From the IMG/VR virus record IMGVR_UViG_3300017785_005555, positions 1 through 52,865 of that record: 52,865 bases of DNA; one strand, given 5' to 3'. The stretch comes from a virus (taxonomy: Duplodnaviria > Caudoviricetes). A program made the position numbers and the translations under genes. A model generated the notes under the pieces. The model saw only the letters and a list, made by a program, of their open reading frames with translations. It did no database searches and had not been told where the DNA came from. Below, in pieces: positions 47,701 through 52,865 of this stretch; the first letter of the stretch is position 1; the number at the start of each line of letters is the position of its first letter.

Positions 47701-49643
47701 CGGTCGCAGGCTTCGACGTGGCGTTCCGGCAGTCGGCGCGTAACCTTGCGCAGAACTTCCTCGCGGTCCCTGGTGTAGCGAATGTCCTCCGGCTGGCGGG
47801 GGATGCAGGCACGATGCGTCGTGTCTCGGACATGCTCGCCTGGGGCTCCATCAGCAAGGGCGTAACGAAGGTCATGGACGGCGCCGACGAGATGATCGAG
47901 CTGGGCGGGAAGCAGTACAACGCGCGCGACCTCTTCCGCATCGGGTCCAGCGAGGGCGTGGGTGGCGTGTACTCGTCGGCCGAACTCCAGAAGGATCTGG
48001 CCGAAGTTCTCCGTAAGCGCGGTCCCGTGGGGCGTGCGTTCTCGGCGAACTCCCAGGCGGTGCGCGACGTAGCGGAGCTGATCTCCCTGCGGCAGCATTG
48101 GGGCCTGTTCCTCACGCTGGTGGACACGGGCAAGGAGCCGCGCGAGGCCGCGAAGATGACCATCGACGCCCTGTATGACTACGTGCATGGGCTTCATGAG
48201 GTCGATAAGAATGTTGTTCTCCAGCTCTTCCAGCCGTTCTGGAACTTCCAGAAGAACAATGCTCGGCGTACCGCCAGGGCCTTCTTGACGCCGGGCGTCT
48301 GGGGCGCCGGGTACTTCTCGTCCCCGACGCTCCGCATGAAGAACCTCTGGCTGGCGAAGGAGCGGGGTACCGAACTTCTTTCGGACTACCTGGACAATCG
48401 CGACATGTACGGCTTCGACACCGAGGCCATGCAGACGGACGACCCCGCCAAGTACGCGGCGTACCAGAAGGCGATTGCCGAGCTGGAAGCGCGTGGCCTG
48501 TCGCCCAAAGCCGTGCGCGAGCTGCTGTCCCGCGGCGACGAAGTGCCGGAGCTGGACGGCTTCGTGGTCGAATACTGGAACGGGGACCCCACGCGGGCCA
48601 TGCTGCCGGACTGGCTCTATAGCCGCTTCGTGGCGTACTCCCCCTACAACCGAGGCGGGGCCATGGGCGATTGGCTGCTGCGCGGGGAGGGGCGGAGCGA
48701 GGCCCCCGGCGACGACTGGCGCGCGGTGCCCATGCCCGACGACTCCAACATGGCCGCCATCGGGCAGACCCTCGGCGCCGCCGCCGTGCTCGTGAACGCC
48801 ATGCGCGCCCTGGTGCAGTCTGACCCCGGCGCCTTGGCGAGGATGTCGGCCGAGGCACGGATGGCGTTGGGCGATCCTGCGAAGAACCCCGCCGTGGTGT
48901 TCACGTTGGGCACCTTGCTGGGCTACGATGTAGACGCCTACGCGCGCACCCTGCCGCCCGCCACGGGAGATCTTCTGCACGGGGTCTTCGGCCCGCGCGT
49001 CTCGTTCGCTAACCGCGTCACCCAAACGGCGGAAAGCTCGGCGGATAGCGCCGAGTTCGCCAACCAGTACAAGATGCCGGCTGGCACCGCCGCCCTCGCT
49101 GACATGCTCGGCGTCCTGGGTCCGTCCCTGGCGGCGGCGGGTCTGATGGAGAAGGCGCTGGGGAGCGGGACCCCTGGGAAGGGACCCGGCGGCGCACCCG
49201 GCTACGCCCTGGCCGAGGGCCTGCTGGGGCAGCGCACCTACCCGGTGTCGCAGCGGGCGCAGGACGAACGCGCCGACCGTGAGGCGACTGACCGGGTGTA
49301 CGACGCCACGGCTGCGATCCCGCGGGCGGCGGCAGCCCTCATCCCGGACAAGCCCGAGACCATCCGCAAGGACGCGCGTGAGATCGAGACGGCGCGGCTG
49401 GCGCAGCTCCAGACGGGCAACCCCGAGCAGTACAAGCGGGAGATGATGGACACCTTCGCGCGGTACTTCGGCAAGTACCCGCGCGCGGCGGACGACGTGC
49501 TCCGGTTCCGGTCGATGGCTGTCTTTGCGGGGTACTCTGCTACCGATGTGGACGGCTGGGACGACGACACCGTGCTCACCAAGGTCCCCGAGCTGGCGAA
49601 GTATTTCGTACCGACGATGGCTGCCCGTTCGGACGTACGCTAA
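38745..49643 (+). CDS. Giant (~3,632 aa) polyvalent ejection protein with ART-like, JAB/MPN and two HExxH domains
   Basis: Start MADLRPED; EEH...HNHP....SPED (JAB), THEVAH, LHEPAH, HYS...RVMFY...GYDGY, TM-like WSFVWLGLIG, C-terminal FQPFWNFQK. Confidence 0.8.
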   Translation: MADLRPEDIERAKKLFATGAGVAPAEPVPAAPAPPKASAAVPPKATPRPVTYEMDAKERKAAKAGASAPSWDRLAVEAGLAPPALMSKLAPALDAMERDPLDMKALGAKPEVDPELFLRVEETDVKRAIRNAERSPGTMDAIKGLVELATPFKAAVQPEQVEAEAKVKRLEMANASEEELAQARAEVAAQKERTKRGGVNVYEPRGVVDTLGDIDRGGPAAFMRDPNSVITEEQVARLEAAAGDAEGSVSDTDNTDPDYDVADGPRTAAGSKELAVTLRKQATAARARLDNQRGAMTTNLVVELGAPGAEQARTLMAQVTEGTAPSRANQEFLARFSAWWFKQEGGERAALTGPERAALQAAADAQAKRALFSLRQGGWWPTEISEGDVKGRGKLDLLDYVKAVVLPRAEATPSGQSVRTEGPAGYVFNRMNLPISAAAEVYRGVLGGDMDAYRMLREKGGFLEALADFEELPRLKKWAMADEGTLEWTAAWSFVWLGLIGEVVTPDGFTALSKIAEIPAYLATADRGLAAARAAKGAGWVEQVRAVKGAVASDALQYADALEGSNPALARIIRDRVKGLVGLTEEGRAVQTKLGDTPRTGKSGAKQLLRDGVRSDNADDARALDSLRSGRYDEIYGKASREAIASLDQPAEGARAARSADELLPDAPPDATDDAMRVFGEPVSAGVARAMVTADDVAAALRAASKGKAPSAMRKLAANIITLLERNPELAPVVKQVRQRVSASVTAGTVDMADLRVEMLRRLLQIKPDAAQRVLARAEAAVAKRAAQVTALELEIARRDPARKAAAQAVDAKQAAVNAARAEVESMKAGPRQEPAINLDGGPTVRAGTPSDAASLEKTEPRIERDITQPGVRPTPAANEATPVVRRAGTPAVNEATPVMRRAGAQAAVVKLDPAATVVERTDAHRAIGLEAALEPLDEVKAAQRAGRYGPAERLHFAHAGEPYLRPDFIQRPPMEYAASKRAHLLFLSLLREHSNDLATGKYLAGADALDFATKFNLPYYEAWFTPRDFFRLEVREVGGSGKVRSYGSLSRQEQVGKTWEIVNVKWTPQAEDFWKQLDDIAAANPERPRARAMNEYLRSLLPWSDPLATAEDVGLVRLSDTVFVRNPEVAKQVGPLKQPVEVLEDGVRKIRFEDAVSDGLSAEVVGFKDGKVMVQPMEFVDGSPRRSTRHGPVAVSVEDLAYMERGRVPRTREGRKFSYVGPRTDAEWRELRAAEDRMPGARSMRYKDQERFLELNPPKRPTAEEFDFPVSQLDPEAREAAIRAMDAAGRARGVPTPRFEDGVKAAPARPATPAPVAAPPQASPVAGGTGLAELGGAGAAISDNLYVMLLDKARKGDVLEGGQRLLVLQMAVALQRQGVDLSLDVMKRLAQEVMAIRGQNVTGGAFQQAVKDALSRVQADVAKAQPSEGNRVAPAVVSAGNKDREVTEATSKVDRIEAGAGERAGAKLRYAEADLERAQNTLRGLGEGLPADIPEVMRARLAGRRSALANARRAQAEADAMARASAQVRAEMRGALKLEQYVRKGTADDLANSARHAALVKGSGSVPASTAATPARRIFESGLYKTLDRYGVSGAGPAVAELHSSLARTLSKLNPERFPTPDAYYASMIVRQGDVAPMEDAHRLLRQSDLTDLNGKPLYRAVSTEEELAQVVGDLPEPEIWELDHYSVNKDLDVLRSDAHGKYGTQRSSEFNPGNRANDWNYLGRVMFYPGGAKPESMIAYGAQQKYTTQIRARIYDFKTDPRKIFPIALAAYRKMEAMPYRERMKVRGYGGPDPFNEFERLLVDLGYDGYKWPMGAPAGAEPTIVVTILNRDVPISTGVFPVLVPNGPLGAVRKGSKLDVSPDVVGVLNRRMTLAQAEVALRAPVEEHAVLFVNGTQAGRWGPEQTRAAGHNPRNSCAIDTAVLEQVRGQGAVFTHNHPNGGILSPEDLAVASFGDLGEMRAVPSGEKGWDDAWFVQRPVEGWASPAAIHQAWSEAGKKAFAVARRQMTEFIVAAGGDPYNGSMVGYTKEKWQQLLNDALEQEWRSGRYPELPELFRGFTRSELASDVSRVDAGSVPERAGGVQLPLPGIRTLASAEGADLGRVGPGLGQVRLPGGGTLADIHAQHPDAARGIFRQLGLRVEPGRATGAELRIYPLFDAFGTERAVVEERVRAWLNTVGWDFKVFGPDEAGAGFSPPNFRDFNYQNKNVWIFQPMDPNGSFRDYNYTLPWRVTHEVAHGLVNDAISDLYGGLGKRQGALGVATKFNGRDVPALTLADALRAVEWEAETFKEQRAILERDLGISITEEAFRQENGLNMSDAVWRAMTGGFSDPSDLGVLPTAVHPADVLRNARNTMRAAALEMGLDMGETFGIEMKAERAAQASADGVAWIVGEALARREAGATKEQFARWLTDTMYKARKAPGSSPWVQGVEEGARMVVQAAGMDADKGTRFLAVAWGNSLATADEIAGLNRRQYWQGMAVDRYPPDTDRLAASVRTAGENVDPEDIQGLIDFQMGQGIMTFYRTGNFSTVLHEPAHMLRRILPPDMLAELEQALGVVDGNWTRYQEEQFVAMWEKAAAGGFLSTGNPALDRSFRQVTNTLRAVAEDSGIAVSPTVQRLFDTLHRDTAGPKGPMIPGRGSLADAEQEQRALDEAFRLSSRSLLRATWEDRMGRLRQWLRPARDVLDGSLKEVVKNLIRKEEAELSAFNKRLADAITRTKTDPLRALVTDGDDLSVDFFAALDEGADGRLLDAAAVAFLDRTKIPLSSDDMRLLREALRTRGSMEEVVAALQEASLAVVSRQLEYQGRAMRDTYTGKALLTQAAGTMALHHRFEKAGFGVGAVLHSEDAKAASEWLAGTSRSDRGRQIVLGAMEDPFNYIPPTSGVAGLRREQISPFGTTGTKSRVGSTVAKISGTLEGSDVYVPRVVRDRLVAQIDAVEQAAQPPLGTKLLLRYWKQGLTSGVLLARPTYYLNNVFGDFDQIATVAGFDVAFRQSARNLAQNFLAVPGVANVLRLAGDAGTMRRVSDMLAWGSISKGVTKVMDGADEMIELGGKQYNARDLFRIGSSEGVGGVYSSAELQKDLAEVLRKRGPVGRAFSANSQAVRDVAELISLRQHWGLFLTLVDTGKEPREAAKMTIDALYDYVHGLHEVDKNVVLQLFQPFWNFQKNNARRTARAFLTPGVWGAGYFSSPTLRMKNLWLAKERGTELLSDYLDNRDMYGFDTEAMQTDDPAKYAAYQKAIAELEARGLSPKAVRELLSRGDEVPELDGFVVEYWNGDPTRAMLPDWLYSRFVAYSPYNRGGAMGDWLLRGEGRSEAPGDDWRAVPMPDDSNMAAIGQTLGAAAVLVNAMRALVQSDPGALARMSAEARMALGDPAKNPAVVFTLGTLLGYDVDAYARTLPPATGDLLHGVFGPRVSFANRVTQTAESSADSAEFANQYKMPAGTAALADMLGVLGPSLAAAGLMEKALGSGTPGKGPGGAPGYALAEGLLGQRTYPVSQRAQDERADREATDRVYDATAAIPRAAAALIPDKPETIRKDAREIETARLAQLQTGNPEQYKREMMDTFARYFGKYPRAADDVLRFRSMAVFAGYSATDVDGWDDDTVLTKVPELAKYFVPTMAARSDVR

Positions 49644-49691
49644 GCTGACGCGAACGAGGTCATCCGCACCCCCGTGCGGAAGGAGGATGTG

Positions 49692-50753
49692 ATGGGACCT
49701 TGGATTACCGACAAGCTGATCAAGTCGTATCAACTGTTCGCGCGCACGATGGGGGTACCGATCGTCAACGACACGGGCTCCGACATTCCGGTGGGCAAGC
49801 TGGTCTTCATCACGGGGTTCAACGTCCCGAAGTTGAAGTTCAGCATCTCCCTGGCGGACGCCAACGTCGCGAACGCCCAGGCGGCCTGGATCACGACCGA
49901 GGCCATCAAGGCGGGGAACTCGTCCGTCTTGGCGAAGTTCTTCCGCGTGGAGCGGCTCAACACGGCGGCCGGCGCCGCCGGGGCCCTGGTGTACGAAGAC
50001 ACCACGGCGGGCGGCTGGACCCTCACCAACCCCCAGACGGCGGACAAGAGCGCGCGGGCGCACATCGTCGGCTACGTCGAGGTCTCGTCTGCTACGGTGG
50101 GCGTGATCGTGTTCGACCTGTTCTCGATCAGCTCGATCGTCGCAGGCACTCGCGACTTCGCCGCCGGCTTCCTGTCGGCGGACGCTCTCGGGCGCGCGCT
50201 CATGGCGTCGAACTTCTTCGACGCCGCTACCGTGCTGGCGAAGTTCGCGGCCAGCTCGTTCGACTTCACGGCGGTGTCGTCCGTCTTCGCGGCGGCCTCG
50301 ATCCCGGCCACGAAGCTCCAGCGCAACGTGTTGCAGTCCGCCACCATCGCGCTCACGTCGGCGCAGGTGAAGGCCCTGCGCGCGGCGCCCCAGGTGCTCG
50401 TGGCGGCGCCCGGTGCGGGGCAGGTGATCGAGTTCGTCTCGGCCAACGTCCGCCTGGACTACGGCACCAACGTCTTCACGGTCGGCGCCGGTGACGACCT
50501 CGCCGTGAAGTTCAAGGACGGCACAGGCCCGAGCGTCTCCGAGAACATCGAGACCACCGGGTTCCTCGACCAGACCACCGACATCGCGACGAGCGCCATC
50601 CCGAAGAAGGACGCCATCGTGACGAAGGCGAACTGCGAGAACCAGCCGCTCGTGCTGCACGGCATCGGCGGGGCGGAGATCGCAGGCAACGCGGCCAACG
50701 ACTCGGTGGTGCGGCTCGATGTGTCCTTCCGCGTCCACTCCACGGTCTGGTAA
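49692..50753 (+). CDS. Putative fibre/spike or capsid-associated structural protein
   Basis: SD AGGAGG; helical repeats (FDAATV.AKFAASS) and a C-terminal domain LTSAQVKAL.AAP..LVAAPGAG. Confidence 0.55.
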   Translation: MGPWITDKLIKSYQLFARTMGVPIVNDTGSDIPVGKLVFITGFNVPKLKFSISLADANVANAQAAWITTEAIKAGNSSVLAKFFRVERLNTAAGAAGALVYEDTTAGGWTLTNPQTADKSARAHIVGYVEVSSATVGVIVFDLFSISSIVAGTRDFAAGFLSADALGRALMASNFFDAATVLAKFAASSFDFTAVSSVFAAASIPATKLQRNVLQSATIALTSAQVKALRAAPQVLVAAPGAGQVIEFVSANVRLDYGTNVFTVGAGDDLAVKFKDGTGPSVSENIETTGFLDQTTDIATSAIPKKDAIVTKANCENQPLVLHGIGGAEIAGNAANDSVVRLDVSFRVHSTVW

Positions 50754-50764
50754 GGGAGGGCGCG

Positions 50765-51163
50765 ATGGAACCTGTCTACCGTCCTTTCGACCGGCGGACT
50801 GATCCTGCCCCTGTTGCCGGCAACGCGCAGCAGGAGGTCGTGATCTCCGCCACCGAGCAGGTGAAGATCCTCGTCCACGCCGTCCTGGTGAAGCGCACCA
50901 GCGGCGCGGCGGTGGGTACCAACCAGCCCCGCATCTACCTCGTAGCCGGTGACGCGGCGGACGCGGCCTCCGAGCGGTGGCGCGCTGCCGCCGCCACGGC
51001 GGCCGGTTCCCTCATCAACACCACCGGGATCAACCGGCCGCTCACGACGGTGAAGTTCCCCGCTGGCTCGGCGGACGCAGGAAAGTACGGCTTCTACTTC
51101 ATCATCGACGGGGACGTGCTCAATGCGTTCACGTACGAGATCTTCTACGAAGTTCTTCACTAA
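50765..51163 (+). CDS. Hypothetical protein
   Basis: SD GGAGG; 132 aa. Confidence 0.75.
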   Translation: MEPVYRPFDRRTDPAPVAGNAQQEVVISATEQVKILVHAVLVKRTSGAAVGTNQPRIYLVAGDAADAASERWRAAAATAAGSLINTTGINRPLTTVKFPAGSADAGKYGFYFIIDGDVLNAFTYEIFYEVLH

Positions 51164-51175
51164 GCGGGGTGCCCG

Positions 51176-51469
51176 ATGCCTCCGAACGATAAGACCGAAG
51201 AACGTCTGTTCGCCCTCATCGACAAGCTCGTGTCCAGCATGGACAAGATGAGGCGGGACATGTACATCATCGCCGCCGCGTCCGTCCTGCTGTTCGCGGC
51301 GGTGACGATGGCGCGCGACGGGGTGTTCACCAAGGTGGGCGTCCCCGGCATGACCTTCGAGACGCACGGCACGGAAACAATGCCGCCGTCGCCGGATGTC
51401 CCGAGCGCGCCTGACCCCGCGGTGCTGCCCCCGGCCCGCCTGTCCCGCGATGAGGGGGACGGCTCGTGA
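51176..51469 (+). CDS. Single-TM protein, possible holin or lysis accessory
   Basis: TM YIIAAASVLLFAAVTMA; overlaps the endolysin start. Confidence 0.45.
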   Translation: MPPNDKTEERLFALIDKLVSSMDKMRRDMYIIAAASVLLFAAVTMARDGVFTKVGVPGMTFETHGTETMPPSPDVPSAPDPAVLPPARLSRDEGDGS

Positions 51470-51957
51470 GCCCGCGCACCTTCCACAGTGAGCCGGCGCC
51501 AGGGTGCATCCGCACTCGGCGCCGTGGCGTGGCGGTGGACCGCATCATCATCCACACCATGGAGGGGAGCTTCGACGGCACCATCCGGTGGTTCCAGACG
51601 CCCAAGCGCAAGGTGCTCACCTGCGCGCACTACCTCATCTCGCGTCGCGGCGACATCTGCCAGATGGTGGGCGACGCGTTCAAGGCCATCCACGCGGGCT
51701 CGCCCACGGAGCTGGGCTGGAACGACCGGTCGATCGGCATCGAGCACGAGGATTGGGCGCACGACGCCGAGCCTCCGCCGGACGCCATGCTGCGCGCCTC
51801 CGCCAAGGTCGTGCGGATCCTCTGCTTGAAGTTCGACATCCCCATGGACCGGACCCACATCATCGGGCACGTCGAAGTGCCTGGAGCTACCCACACGGAC
51901 CCCGGCCCCCTCTGGCCCTGGGACGCGTACATGCGCTACGTGCGCGAGGAGGCATAG
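51466..51957 (+). CDS. N-acetylmuramoyl-L-alanine amidase (Amidase_2) endolysin
   Basis: IIIHTMEG, AHYLI, AIHAG, NDRSIGIE, IIGH.E, HTDPG. Confidence 0.92.
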   Translation: MSPRTFHSEPAPGCIRTRRRGVAVDRIIIHTMEGSFDGTIRWFQTPKRKVLTCAHYLISRRGDICQMVGDAFKAIHAGSPTELGWNDRSIGIEHEDWAHDAEPPPDAMLRASAKVVRILCLKFDIPMDRTHIIGHVEVPGATHTDPGPLWPWDAYMRYVREEA

Positions 51958-52305
51958 ATGCCCAGGAATACCGCCCGCCCGCTCGCCCCCGTCGTGTTGC
52001 CGAAGGTCGAGCCCGTCGTGGTGGCGCCCGCGCCCCCGGCGCCCGCTCCTGCGTCGATGGAGCGGCACCGCCCCGTGCCCCCGGTGGCGTTCGTGGCCCG
52101 CACGGTCGTGGACCTCGTGGACCACCTGGAGCTGCGCCAGCTCGTGAGCCCCGGCAAGGAGCTGGCCGACGTGATCGACCGCATCCGCGACGCCAAGAAG
52201 CCGGAGTCGGCGGGCGGGAAGCGGATCACCCCCAAGGAGTGGCAGGGCATCGGCCTGGAGCTGGCGGAGCTGGGCCTCGCCGTGGTGCTCGCCTTCCTCG
52301 GCTGA
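51958..52305 (+). CDS. Hypothetical protein with C-terminal hydrophobic helix
   Basis: Starts directly after the endolysin stop; ends LGLAVVLAFLG. Confidence 0.6.
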   Translation: MPRNTARPLAPVVLPKVEPVVVAPAPPAPAPASMERHRPVPPVAFVARTVVDLVDHLELRQLVSPGKELADVIDRIRDAKKPESAGGKRITPKEWQGIGLELAELGLAVVLAFLG

Positions 52306-52338
52306 TGCCCCGCTGTCCTATTATGCCGGTGGAATACT

Positions 52339-52848
52339 CTACGGCTGCTTGAACAGGGCGGGGCTGGGCGCATGAGCCGCTTCACCCCGCGCCAGCTCTT
52401 CCTCGGCCACCTGTCGGTCCTGCACGAGGGCCTGCTCCCGCCACTCCGCCTCGGTACCGACCGGGGGCGGAGGCAGCGGTGCGCGCGGCAGGAACCCCAG
52501 GTCGATCGTCGGCCGGTCCACCAGCCGGGTGATGTCCGGCGTGCCGCCGCGCAGATCGTCCACCATGTCGATGACCACCCGGATGCGCTCGATGCTGAAC
52601 AGGGCGGCGTAGCTGCCCGGCGGCCACCGCTCCTTGACCAGCGCGATGCCGCCCTCGATCACGTCCTCCAGGAGCTTGAAGCTCATGTAGAAGCGGAAGA
52701 GGTAGAGGAGCACGTCGGCACGGATGACGACGCCTGCACTCCCGCTCGGCTTCTTCTCGCCGAGCATCCGCATGTAGCCGCGAACGAAGTCGTCCAGCTC
52801 GGTGTTGGAAAGAACTACGGCGGTGCCGTCGGGGGTCTCGATAGGCAT
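52339..52848 (-). CDS. Hypothetical protein, last gene of the replication arm
   Basis: SD GAGG; starts 14 nt after the polymerase stop across the circular junction. Confidence 0.75.
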   Translation of the reverse strand: MPIETPDGTAVVLSNTELDDFVRGYMRMLGEKKPSGSAGVVIRADVLLYLFRFYMSFKLLEDVIEGGIALVKERWPPGSYAALFSIERIRVVIDMVDDLRGGTPDITRLVDRPTIDLGFLPRAPLPPPPVGTEAEWREQALVQDRQVAEEELARGEAAHAPSPALFKQP

Positions 52849-52865
52849 GAACTTCCTCGGTGTTA

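Noticed and set aside
118-50738. Very long antisense ORFs (e.g. 118-2580 +, 8833-11316 +, 35840-38896 -, 38724-44723 -, 47130-50738 -)
   Set aside because: They are shadow frames of GC3-biased genes on the other strand and carry no recognisable motifs.
52743-52865. Direct terminal repeat as a packaging feature
   Set aside because: It interrupts a gene and its length suits an assembler overlap.

Overview
The window is an apparently complete, high-GC (roughly 70% by eye) dsDNA tailed-phage genome of about 52.7 kb; bases 1-123 recur at 52743-52865, most likely a circular-assembly overlap. It has two divergent arms separated by ~1 kb of non-coding DNA (~18.9-19.87 kb). The minus arm carries small early genes, a DUF932-like gene, a primase-helicase, a Cas4/RecB-like exonuclease, an SF2 helicase, a probable SSB, a tRNA(CAT) and a family A DNA polymerase, with a RuvC-like resolvase in the opposite orientation. 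The plus arm is podovirus-like: terminase, portal, scaffold, capsid, tail adaptor/nozzle, ejection proteins, a ~3,630-aa polyvalent protein and an amidase lysis module. I saw no integrase, RNA polymerase or CRISPR array. The main surprises are at the RNA/DNA-motif level: (1) two circularly permuted twister ribozymes bracket the DUF932-like gene and could excise, and possibly circularise, a ~1.76-kb RNA; (2) a ~490-nt highly structured RNA closed by a tRNA-like acceptor stem and T-arm heads the early operon; (3) a GAAGWWCTTC motif is dispersed across the genome, often written with rare codons; (4) a structured leader lies between the tRNA and the polymerase. All calls come from reading motifs by eye; no database searches or folding programs were run.
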